From: a virus
Length of the DNA stretch: 64,000 nucleotides
Direction: 5' to 3' (one strand)
Virus record (IMG/VR): IMGVR_UViG_3300012933_000155
Location: 71,079-135,078 of that record
This document shows positions 18,860 to 26,862 of this stretch, one piece after another; positions within the stretch are counted from its first letter, which is position 1, and each line of letters opens with the position of its first letter. The position numbers were made by a program, and so were the translations under genes. The notes beneath the pieces were generated by a model that was not told where the DNA came from, did not search any database, and saw nothing but the letters and a program-made list of their open reading frames with translations.

Positions 18860-19179
18860 ACAAACTACATGTATACCAAGATAACTTGTGCAAGGAGATA
18901 GTAATGACTGCACAAACACAACTATGTACGCTTGGTGTCTATTATGCCCCTTACATGCCAAAGATTATGAAACCTAAATATCAATTCAGTCGTGCTAACT
19001 GGTTCAAAGCAAATTTTGACCATAGAAAATACAATGAGGTACAAGAATGGTGTACTGACAACTTTGGTCCGCAGCCCAGATTTCCTGATGCATGGAGTCG
19101 CTGGGTACACACTTACGAAGACCAGATTTTCTTTAGAGATAGCAAAGATTACGAATGGTTTATGTTACGATGGAGCTAA
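18856..19179 (+). CDS. LRW-array small protein
   Basis: EWCTDNFG...IFFRDSKDYEWFMLRWS. Confidence 0.7.
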   Translation: MNKLHVYQDNLCKEIVMTAQTQLCTLGVYYAPYMPKIMKPKYQFSRANWFKANFDHRKYNEVQEWCTDNFGPQPRFPDAWSRWVHTYEDQIFFRDSKDYEWFMLRWS

Positions 19180-19180
19180 A

Positions 19181-19618
19181 ATGAATTTGAATCACTTAAC
19201 AGATAATGAACTTATCGACCACATCATTCGCTATGATGAAGACCCTGTGCGAGTTCGCCTTGCTACAATCATGCAACGCACTAAAGGTGCAATCATTGAC
19301 GACTTAGAGTATGCGGGTATGGATGATACATTCTGTAACTTTAAAAGCATTGTGAACGGGTGTGAGTACCATCCCGGACAGTATATCAGTCATCTTGAAG
19401 GTGAAATTGAGCACTTGTGGTTTATGTCAGAGCAAGACCAGAAAGAAATCAAGAACCTACAAGCAAGAACTATAATGGACGTCTTTGCTGAGTTAAAGCA
19501 AGAAATCAAGACGGCTGAGTATTCAAAAGAACTAGCAATCAAAGACCGTGCTGCTGCTGAGAAGCGGGAACAAGACATGAAGCACAAACTTGACATGTGG
19601 GCAATCTTGCAACGATGA
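19181..19618 (+). CDS. Hypothetical coiled-coil protein
   Basis: GGAG SD; ATG at 19181. Confidence 0.65.
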   Translation: MNLNHLTDNELIDHIIRYDEDPVRVRLATIMQRTKGAIIDDLEYAGMDDTFCNFKSIVNGCEYHPGQYISHLEGEIEHLWFMSEQDQKEIKNLQARTIMDVFAELKQEIKTAEYSKELAIKDRAAAEKREQDMKHKLDMWAILQR

Positions 19619-19932
19619 TTACTAGCATCTGGTACAACATCGAAGATAATACGCCCACTGTAGAGGGTTATTACCTTGCGTACAAGAAACCGTCGTTAGG
19701 TGATGATAGTGAAGGATACGGTGTATATTATTGGTGTCAGCGAGAAAGATGCTGGAGAGAATCTGCGGCGCTCCATTCATATGGTCTTAGAGTTACTCTT
19801 TGGTCAGAACTACCGGCACATGACCCATATAATTCCACTGACCATTCACCTAGTGTTGCAGAAGTTGATGCTTGGCGTAATGTAGAGGATGCTATTAGTA
19901 AGTTCAACATGATAAAAGAATTGAGTAGATAA
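19615..19932 (+). CDS. Hypothetical protein (DUF551-like W...P...YL pattern)
   Basis: WYNIEDNTPTVEGYYLAY...VTLWSELP. Confidence 0.55.
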   Translation: MITSIWYNIEDNTPTVEGYYLAYKKPSLGDDSEGYGVYYWCQRERCWRESAALHSYGLRVTLWSELPAHDPYNSTDHSPSVAEVDAWRNVEDAISKFNMIKELSR

Positions 19933-20201
19933 TGGAATACTTTTATGGTGGCGGCGGCAACAATCGTCCTGTATTTAATCACAGATTCAAAGTTAAACAG
20001 TGTACTACTGAAATGCACAAGTGGGCAACAGCGTATCCTGAGAAAGGTCCCTTCAGTCGTTGGCACGTTGAGTGGGCTAGTGTCTATGGTACAATGGATA
20101 GACCAAGAGACTTTGACATTGTTCAGTTTGAACACAGCGAGGCAGCTAAAATCTTTAGAATCGCATTTGCCGGCGAGTACGAGGAAGTAGCATGGCTGTA
20201 G
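19932..20201 (+). CDS. LRW-array divergent member
   Basis: VQFEHSEAAKIFRIAF. Confidence 0.6.
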   Translation: MEYFYGGGGNNRPVFNHRFKVKQCTTEMHKWATAYPEKGPFSRWHVEWASVYGTMDRPRDFDIVQFEHSEAAKIFRIAFAGEYEEVAWL

Positions 20202-20428
20202 CTTCAAAGTACGATTATTGGTCGTTGCTGCGAATTCTCTATAAAGAGTATGAGAAACAATATACTGGATACTATGAACCAACGTGGACGGGTAAGAGTG
20301 ATAGCTTTGACAAGTATGTTGAAACCCAGTATGGAATGCAAGTTAGCTTTGTTGATGGGATGATTACACAAGATTTTTCAATTGTAGATGAAGGTAAGTA
20401 TGCGTGGTGCATACTCAAACATAAATGA
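20192..20428 (+). CDS. LRW-array member (IVDE subtype)
   Basis: FSIVDEGKYAWCILKHK. Confidence 0.6.
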   Translation: MAVASKYDYWSLLRILYKEYEKQYTGYYEPTWTGKSDSFDKYVETQYGMQVSFVDGMITQDFSIVDEGKYAWCILKHK

Positions 20429-20868
20429 AATTACGACTTAAAGCCCGAATCAGAAAGTATCTTGCTGACCGCAAGCTGAAAAATAGTGGCTATCGTTCTT
20501 GGCGTGTGTATCGTCATAACCGTGACCCTGATGTTGTGCGTTATGCTGACAAAGTAAGTGACTTCTACAAAAACTACAAATATGTGTATATGTGTGAAGG
20601 TGGCACAGCACATTATGCTTACAGCGTAGTACATGATTATGGTCCAGGTGGATTAGTATTCGGATATGAAGAAATGCGTGATTGGTGTGAAAGTAAATGT
20701 AGATTCAAGTATCGGGTAGACATTCATAGAGGGTTGAAACAAACTGGTCTAGGTATTAACGGTGAAGAATATCCTGATTATTACTTTAACGATATTGGTG
20801 GAAGTGACCTAGTGTTCTTTGCTTTTATGGATGAGCAAGACTATATCATGTTTAGGTTGAGGTGGTGA
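20425..20868 (+). CDS. LRW-array member (long)
   Basis: MRDWCESKC...FFAFMDEQDYIMFRLRW. Confidence 0.7.
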   Translation: MKLRLKARIRKYLADRKLKNSGYRSWRVYRHNRDPDVVRYADKVSDFYKNYKYVYMCEGGTAHYAYSVVHDYGPGGLVFGYEEMRDWCESKCRFKYRVDIHRGLKQTGLGINGEEYPDYYFNDIGGSDLVFFAFMDEQDYIMFRLRW

Positions 20869-21128
20869 TGAAAGAACCTTTTATTATTAGAGAAAAGTTT
20901 CTAGTAGAAGTTGGTAGACCATGGAAAGAGCCTTGGGCTGAGTATTTTCAAAACTTTTATCTTCATTGTCAAGAAATAGCAATAAAGAATAACTGGGTGG
21001 TTGATACAGTAGCAAACACTGAACTAAAGCCACTAGGTGGCAAACTAATCAAAACTAAAACACAAGGTTGGTATCTACGTTGGGATGATGAAAAGTCTCA
21101 TACATTTTTTGTATTGAAGTGGTCATGA
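20868..21128 (+). CDS. LRW-array member
   Basis: YLRWDDEKSHTFFVLKWS. Confidence 0.65.
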   Translation: MKEPFIIREKFLVEVGRPWKEPWAEYFQNFYLHCQEIAIKNNWVVDTVANTELKPLGGKLIKTKTQGWYLRWDDEKSHTFFVLKWS

Positions 21129-21322
21129 AACAATACGGCATAGCAATTGAGAATTGGCCAGCATCTCGTAAAGTAGATGTTAAATGGTGGTTGCTTGAAA
21201 ACTTTGGACCTGAAGACTCTCCTACACAAAAGGGGCGTTGGGGCTGTGCGTATGACTATGGGTTAGACAATATCTACATGAATGAAGATGTTTTTATAAT
21301 GTATCAATTGAGGTGGGGTTGA
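21125..21322 (+). CDS. LRW-array member
   Basis: WWLLENFGP...YMNEDVFIMYQLRWG. Confidence 0.65.
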   Translation: MKQYGIAIENWPASRKVDVKWWLLENFGPEDSPTQKGRWGCAYDYGLDNIYMNEDVFIMYQLRWG

Positions 21323-21519
21323 TGGAAGTCTTTTACGTCACTTGGCAAACTGAAACCCCACATCGTTGGTGTGTAACATGCCCAAGTTTGCCGGCTGAAG
21401 ACCAGTATGAACGAAGAAACTGGTGCTACTCACAAGAAATGAATTTTGTGAATGTAGGCGTAAGATTCTGGTTCGTAGAAGAAAAAGATGTTATAATGTT
21501 CAGATTAAGGTGGGAATAA
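21322..21519 (+). CDS. LRW-array member
   Basis: NWCYSQ...FWFVEEKDVIMFRLRWE. Confidence 0.65.
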   Translation: MEVFYVTWQTETPHRWCVTCPSLPAEDQYERRNWCYSQEMNFVNVGVRFWFVEEKDVIMFRLRWE

Positions 21520-21722
21520 TGGAATATCAAAGATACCCTCAATACACTAGTAACTGGACTAATGTTATTGTAGATCCAGCTTGGCGCGAACCAATCAAAG
21601 GTGAACATATTGCTTGGCTAAAAGCACACGAAGGTGGGTACTATCATCTTCATCGTAATGCCACTGCTGTTAAGTTTGAGCGCAAAGAAGATGCTGAATG
21701 GTTTATATTGAGGTGGCTGTGA
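21519..21722 (+). CDS. LRW-array member
   Basis: AWLKAH...VKFERKEDAEWFILRWL. Confidence 0.65.
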   Translation: MEYQRYPQYTSNWTNVIVDPAWREPIKGEHIAWLKAHEGGYYHLHRNATAVKFERKEDAEWFILRWL

Positions 21723-21967
21723 TGGATTTAGAACTTGTAAAAACTATTGTAGCTAGGCAAGGACAGAACGAGTTTCTGAAAAATCCCATCGTACTGCCAC
21801 CTGAAGCAAAAGTTGTCACCGGTCAAATCAAAGAAGATGCTTACTTGCATTTTCTAGAAACTACATGCGGTGTAGAGGTACTGTTGTCAGAATACCATCA
21901 CGAGATAGTTGGGTACAATGTCATTGATGAAAAGAAGTTTTCTTGGTTTGTATTGAGGTGGAGTTAA
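21722..21967 (+). CDS. LRW-array member (IVDE subtype)
   Basis: YNVIDEKKFSWFVLRWS. Confidence 0.65.
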   Translation: MDLELVKTIVARQGQNEFLKNPIVLPPEAKVVTGQIKEDAYLHFLETTCGVEVLLSEYHHEIVGYNVIDEKKFSWFVLRWS

Positions 21968-22314
21968 TGTTAGAAAAGATAAACAGAATGTTAAGTGTGT
22001 TCGGTGGAAAGGTCCAAGAACAAGCTACTGAAAAGTTTACTAAGCCCGGTGACCCATTTAGCCCATTTAAAGTAGAAAACGGGATGGTTGGGTTCAAGCC
22101 TTACCTAATTGTTGAGAATCAAAACGAAACTGTGTTATACTCTAATCATAAGTGTGTAGCAATTGATGTTAGCCCAAATGTTGAAGAATGGATACTTAAT
22201 CAACCCCCGCACTTGTGGAAGTACGCAGATGATACCTATGATTGTCATTATGCTATGACAAGATTTTTAGTAAATGAAGAATTATTAACTTGGATGACAC
22301 TAAGATGGGCGTGA
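21967..22314 (+). CDS. LRW-array member
   Basis: VEEWILNQ...FLVNEELLTWMTLRWA. Confidence 0.65.
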   Translation: MLEKINRMLSVFGGKVQEQATEKFTKPGDPFSPFKVENGMVGFKPYLIVENQNETVLYSNHKCVAIDVSPNVEEWILNQPPHLWKYADDTYDCHYAMTRFLVNEELLTWMTLRWA

Positions 22315-22610
22315 AACAATTTACGGCTAACTATTCGATGAAAGCTGGTGATAACGACTTAGATACAATTGCAATAGCATACGCAAAGATTATCCAAGAA
22401 GAAATTGACAATGAGATTATGATTGACATGCTGAAAATGAACGGTTGGATAGTTGTAAACCTTGAACGATTCAAAGACATGAAGCATCCGATTGATGTCC
22501 AAGACTGGTGTACTGATAACATAGGTGATGGTAACTGGAAAAACTTAGGGCCTACGTTCTTGTTCCGTGAGAGCAAACATGCTGAGTGGTTTAGTCTACG
22601 ATGGACATGA
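22311..22610 (+). CDS. LRW-array member
   Basis: DWCTDNIG...FLFRESKHAEWFSLRWT; start is GTG 22311 or ATG 22305. Confidence 0.65.
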   Translation: MKQFTANYSMKAGDNDLDTIAIAYAKIIQEEIDNEIMIDMLKMNGWIVVNLERFKDMKHPIDVQDWCTDNIGDGNWKNLGPTFLFRESKHAEWFSLRWT

Positions 22611-22864
22611 CGTTTGGTGAAGGTCGTGTTTATGGCTCACGATATTATACTGTTGAACCTACAATCAGCTGGGATCTAACCGGTGATTGGGGGAATATAA
22701 ATTCATGGTCACAGATGGAAGAATGGTGTATTAGTACATATGGTTCAACCGGAGAGATATGGGGAGACGAACAGCCCGTACTACAACGTTGGTATATGAA
22801 TAATGCAAAGTTTTGGTTCAGAGAGAAAAAAGATTTAGAATGGTTTGTATTGAAATGGAGTTAA
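22607..22864 (+). CDS. LRW-array member
   Basis: EWCISTYG...FWFREKKDLEWFVLKWS. Confidence 0.68.
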   Translation: MTFGEGRVYGSRYYTVEPTISWDLTGDWGNINSWSQMEEWCISTYGSTGEIWGDEQPVLQRWYMNNAKFWFREKKDLEWFVLKWS

Positions 22865-22865
22865 A

Positions 22866-23114
22866 ATGATTAATGTAGAAGTTACACCCGAATTGATTAC
22901 CAACATAACACGTGCAGTACGTGCATGGAAAAGAGACACGGTTCCTTTAGAAGACGAAGAACAACACTTTGATACTTTTTGCAAAGAAGAACATGGCTTA
23001 GATGTTGAGTTCGGACAGAACGGTCACATCGTTGTAGTACTGGGTGCTACCATTGTTGACGAAGAAAAATACATCAACTTCTTACTAAAGTTCGGGAATA
23101 TGCACGATGACTAA
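22866..23114 (+). CDS. LRW-array member (IVDE subtype)
   Basis: TIVDEEKYINFLLKFG. Confidence 0.62.
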   Translation: MINVEVTPELITNITRAVRAWKRDTVPLEDEEQHFDTFCKEEHGLDVEFGQNGHIVVVLGATIVDEEKYINFLLKFGNMHDD

Positions 23115-23400
23115 TGATATGAAAAACGCAGTGAAGCAACGCAAGATACAAGAGTTAGGTAGTTTCAACTACTGGACTGAGAATTACTATGGTAGTAAAA
23201 GGAATATCACTACTATAAGTTGGAAGGGCAAGGGTGAGGTTGATGGCAATGAAATTCGTCAATGGTGTATTGATAGATTTGGTAAGAGTGGTTACCGAGA
23301 AGATATCGAAGATAGCTACTGGGTTGACAATACAGAGTTTGGAGAAATCATGTTATGTAAGGATGAGTTCCTTACAGCGTTTCTATTGAGGTGGACTTGA
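23107..23400 (+). CDS. LRW-array member
   Basis: QWCIDRFG...IMLCKDEFLTAFLLRWT. Confidence 0.65.
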   Translation: MTNDMKNAVKQRKIQELGSFNYWTENYYGSKRNITTISWKGKGEVDGNEIRQWCIDRFGKSGYREDIEDSYWVDNTEFGEIMLCKDEFLTAFLLRWT

Positions 23401-23654
23401 AAATTGATTGGACTAGAAGTCTAGGGTGGAATTTAGATAGAGCAGAAATGGAACGTACTGACATTATCACTGATGGAGCAGATTGCTATCCATGGAAAGA
23501 AACGTTTGTCATATGGCCTCGTAGAAGCATCACGGGTGCTCCCTTGTTTTGGACAAAAGCATATAAGCGTAAGGTTTGGGTAATATGGGGCTCGGGTTTT
23601 CACATGGAACCTGAAGTACAGTATGCTACGGCATTTGATATATTGTCTCTATGA
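23397..23654 (+). CDS. Hypothetical protein
   Basis: TTGA overlap with the upstream stop; Trp-rich. Confidence 0.55.
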   Translation: MKIDWTRSLGWNLDRAEMERTDIITDGADCYPWKETFVIWPRRSITGAPLFWTKAYKRKVWVIWGSGFHMEPEVQYATAFDILSL

Positions 23655-23899
23655 TAACGATAACACTTAAACACGGACTAACCCCAGCTAGTGAGCAATG
23701 GCTTGCGAAGAACATCGGACCACGTATGCACTACATTCATAATTCAATAGGTGGAGAAGGTTGGATAGCAAAACAACACAACGAGCAAGTAATAATGCAT
23801 GACGAAGGTGGGAGTTACACCAGACACCAAAGAGTTTGGAAACTAACACTAGAAGATGAACGTTTTGCTAGTTGGTTTTTAATAAAGTTTCCACAATGA
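23651..23899 (+). CDS. LRW-array member
   Basis: QWLAKNIGP...LTLEDERFASWFLIKFP. Confidence 0.62.
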   Translation: MITITLKHGLTPASEQWLAKNIGPRMHYIHNSIGGEGWIAKQHNEQVIMHDEGGSYTRHQRVWKLTLEDERFASWFLIKFPQ

Positions 23900-24114
23900 A
23901 AGAAATTAAAGCTGAGGGCTGGCGCTCACATCAAGCACTAGAAGTAGTCAGTGCCCTAAAAGAACAAGGTTATGTTATGGGCGTAGACTTTGATTGGGAA
24001 TATCATAAACCCAAACGTGATGACACTACGTATCAGTTAGTGTATAATAGACATACCGTGTTTAGATTCTATAAAGATGAACTAGCAACATGGTTTAGTT
24101 TAAGGTATCTATAA
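23896..24114 (+). CDS. LRW-array member
   Basis: FRFYKDELATWFSLRYL. Confidence 0.62.
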   Translation: MKEIKAEGWRSHQALEVVSALKEQGYVMGVDFDWEYHKPKRDDTTYQLVYNRHTVFRFYKDELATWFSLRYL

Positions 24115-24401
24115 TGGCAATATCAAGTATCGGAAGAAGTACAGGGACATTCGCTCCTTACACATCTATTGCTACTCAGTCGGATCGCACTGAAGTTCGC
24201 CGTTACGATGGAAGCGGTCGCATGGTTCATGTAATTGACCTAGCATACCAAAAAATTAACGAATTAGAATACATCAAATGGTGTCGTAGAAACTTAGGCG
24301 ACAGACATGATGGTTGGGACTTCTGGTTAGTCGGTGGACTCTTGTACATCGAAGTTTGGGGCGAGAAGCAAAAGTTTACCTATGAGATGTGGAAAAATTA
24401 A
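24114..24401 (+). CDS. LRW-array divergent member
   Basis: KWCRRNLG...WDFWL...YIEVWGEKQKFTYEMWKN. Confidence 0.55.
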   Translation: MAISSIGRSTGTFAPYTSIATQSDRTEVRRYDGSGRMVHVIDLAYQKINELEYIKWCRRNLGDRHDGWDFWLVGGLLYIEVWGEKQKFTYEMWKN

Positions 24402-24694
24402 TGAACGAACTAGTAGCAGTAAACGGCATAATTCAATCAGTGAACCAGTACATGAAGATAAGTGACAGGATCATCTTTCACCAAGCACCAGAGGCTGGTG
24501 CAATCATTTCTATCATGTCCGAAGAAGAAAGATTTGAATATAGGGCTGATGGGTCTACTTATGCGTTTCCTTGGCCAGCAAGTGAACGGGTAATGTATAA
24601 ACAGTTCATGGAAGAAGTGTACAAAAACAGAGATAACCCAACAGTTAAAGACCAACTAGAGAAATTGAAAGTGGTGATGGAGTTAGTAAGATGA
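24401..24694 (+). CDS. Hypothetical protein
   Basis: TAATG-coupled ORF. Confidence 0.55.
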   Translation: MNELVAVNGIIQSVNQYMKISDRIIFHQAPEAGAIISIMSEEERFEYRADGSTYAFPWPASERVMYKQFMEEVYKNRDNPTVKDQLEKLKVVMELVR

Positions 24695-24906
24695 ATGTAG
24701 CGAAAGAAAACATGTGGCGTAATTTACAGGGACTAAAACCTGTACAGTCATGGAAATGCAAATTGAATTGGCATAAGTGGACTAATTACGAAGTCGTAGA
24801 ACCTAGGAATGAGTTCAGTAACCGCATGTATGCAGTATGTCATTGTGCAGATTGCGGAATGCCTAGAATTGAACAACCTTTTACAAAGAGTATAAAAAAT
24901 GGCTAA
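24691..24906 (+). CDS. Small Cys/His (Zn-ribbon-like) protein
   Basis: WKCKLNWHKW...CHCADCG. Confidence 0.55.
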   Translation: MNVAKENMWRNLQGLKPVQSWKCKLNWHKWTNYEVVEPRNEFSNRMYAVCHCADCGMPRIEQPFTKSIKNG

Positions 24907-25459
24907 TGATATTATGATTGACATTGAGAGTTTAGACACAACACCTGATTGTGCTATTCTTACAATTGGTGCAGTGCGTTTTGATCCTAGAGGATCAGGT
25001 GTTGTTGAGAAACTAGAATTAAGACCTACACTAGAAGACCAGACAGAGATATATAACAGGAGAATCAGTGATGATACCGTTCGTTGGTGGTCCGAGCAGA
25101 ACCCCGCAGCCATCGAAGAAGCGATGGGAGATTCTGGACGAGTCCCTTTTAAAGAGTGTATGGAGACGCTTTATAAGTTTTGTTGGAATCGCCGTGCTGT
25201 TTGGTCTAATGGTGCACCATTCGACTTGGTCGTTATGGAAAACGCCTGGAGACAAACAAGCGACAAGCCGAATCCTATCCCCTGGGCTTTCTGGTCAATG
25301 CGAGACACGAGAACATTGTGGGAAATCGCAGGTGTTAAACTTAAAGACGGCGGACACGTTACAAGTCACAAAGCCGTAGAAGATGCAGAACGACAAGCCA
25401 TTGTTGTTCAACAAGCATACGTGAAATTAATGAAAGCTGGATTGGCAGACCCACGATGA
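24899..25459 (+). CDS. DEDDh 3'-5' exonuclease (RNase AS/DexA-like)
   Basis: IMIDIESL (ExoI), WSNGAPFD (ExoII), HKAVEDA (ExoIII). Confidence 0.85.
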   Translation: MANDIMIDIESLDTTPDCAILTIGAVRFDPRGSGVVEKLELRPTLEDQTEIYNRRISDDTVRWWSEQNPAAIEEAMGDSGRVPFKECMETLYKFCWNRRAVWSNGAPFDLVVMENAWRQTSDKPNPIPWAFWSMRDTRTLWEIAGVKLKDGGHVTSHKAVEDAERQAIVVQQAYVKLMKAGLADPR

Positions 25460-25833
25460 GTAAGTTAGAAGAAATAAGGGCAAAAGTCGCTGCCGCTATT
25501 GAGGCAGAAAAATTAAAACCTAAGAAACCTAAACCAAAAAAATATACTGACTACCACTGCGTAAATTATAAACTCAGTAATGAATATGATGAATGGCATG
25601 AATGGATGTGGAACCCGACTCATCCAACTAGGGTATATTTTGAAGAAAACGGAAATGGAAGTCTCGTCTGGCCTACTAGCCGACACTTTACTCAAAATGG
25701 AAGACGAGAAGGTAATTATCAATATTTACAATTTAGATTTGACGAATTAGAAGATGCTGAAAAGTTTGCTAAAAAATTCGGCTTGAATGTATCCACAGTG
25801 AGATATAGTAACGGACCTGGGAGTTACTTTTGA
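25456..25833 (+). CDS. Hypothetical protein, distant LRW-family-like C-terminus
   Basis: LQFRFDELEDAEKFAKKFG. Confidence 0.55.
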   Translation: MSKLEEIRAKVAAAIEAEKLKPKKPKPKKYTDYHCVNYKLSNEYDEWHEWMWNPTHPTRVYFEENGNGSLVWPTSRHFTQNGRREGNYQYLQFRFDELEDAEKFAKKFGLNVSTVRYSNGPGSYF

Positions 25834-26414
25834 AATTTCAATCAGATATTGACATTGACTTTGGTAACAGGGGTAATATCCTGCAACACATTAAGCATAT
25901 ACCTGCAGCCATGCGTAATGTAACACCTATTCGTAAACATGCAACAGGTGTTCATGTAGCAGATATACCATACGATGCTATCAATGACATGGCAAACATT
26001 GATTACACAGAAGCAGAAGAACGTGGATATTTTAAGTTAGACTTGTTGAATGTGCATCTCTACAACTTTGTACGTGATGAGCAGCATTTACAAGAGTTGA
26101 TGCAAGAACCTGATTGGGAAATGCTCAAAGATAGAAAGACGGTTGAACGATTAATTCACTTGTCGAATCATTACAACAGCCTTCAGCGTATGCCTGAGCC
26201 GGTAGATACTATTCCTCGTCTTGCTATGTTTCTGGCGGTAATTCGCCCAGCGAAGAAACATCTGATTGGTCTCCCATGGGTCGATGTGGCGAAAAGTGTC
26301 TGGGAAAAAGAATCTGACGACTATCATTTTAAGAAGTCGCACAGTGTTGCCTATGCAAACCTTGTTGTTGTTCATATGAATTTGTTAAAACAAGGTATTA
26401 TGACAGACGTTTGA
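25830..26414 (+). CDS. dnaE: Minimal DNA polymerase III alpha (DnaE) catalytic fragment, C-part
   Basis: SDIDIDF (DxD), KHATGVHV, GYFKLDLL (third Asp), LAVIRPA, HFKKSHSVAYA; TTG start overlapping the upstream TGA. Confidence 0.85.
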   Translation: MKFQSDIDIDFGNRGNILQHIKHIPAAMRNVTPIRKHATGVHVADIPYDAINDMANIDYTEAEERGYFKLDLLNVHLYNFVRDEQHLQELMQEPDWEMLKDRKTVERLIHLSNHYNSLQRMPEPVDTIPRLAMFLAVIRPAKKHLIGLPWVDVAKSVWEKESDDYHFKKSHSVAYANLVVVHMNLLKQGIMTDV

Positions 26415-26778
26415 CGAGAGTGATTGATTTGCGTTTTGATTTGCGTTTTGCTAGTTCTAGCATACTACAAGTGGGACCGTGAATTACAGATAAACTTTTG
26501 TTGTTAAACGTTCTTAGATAGGGCTTGAACATAGCCCACTCATCTTTTAAGAACATATTGATTGGAACTAATCTATTAGATTCCCACCACCATATGTCTC
26601 CTAGTTCTAGGAACTTCTCACGCATAACTTGGTCAACAATAGAGCCATAGTCATATATAGTGGTAACAATGTCGTCCCTGTTCTGGACAATCCCCACATA
26701 GTCTTGCCCTGCGTAGGAGCAAACCGTTATGAACGGGTGATTTTCTGATAATCTCTTGAAGAATTCGTTTGGAATCAT
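26398..26778 (-). CDS. Conserved hypothetical protein
   Basis: Late promoter GATAAATA on the minus strand (26798-26805); WWWESNRLVPIN. Confidence 0.65.
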   Translation of the reverse strand: MIPNEFFKRLSENHPFITVCSYAGQDYVGIVQNRDDIVTTIYDYGSIVDQVMREKFLELGDIWWWESNRLVPINMFLKDEWAMFKPYLRTFNNKSLSVIHGPTCSMLELAKRKSKRKSITLVKRLS

Positions 26779-26862
26779 TATTTTTGTTGTCTTGGATTAT
26801 TTATCATCGGGTTTTACCCAATATTTTATTTGTCATAAATAGAGTATAAGGAGCCTTTTAAC

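Noticed and set aside
18629-24401. Diversity-generating retroelement or integron cassette array behind the LRW array
   Set aside because: No reverse transcriptase, TR/VR pair, integrase or attC-like repeats are visible; genes abut with overlapping start/stop codons.
25830-26414. Split intein in the DnaE halves
   Set aside because: The N-half ends FLK* with no CL/CF intein N-block, and the C-half has no HN-C/S junction.
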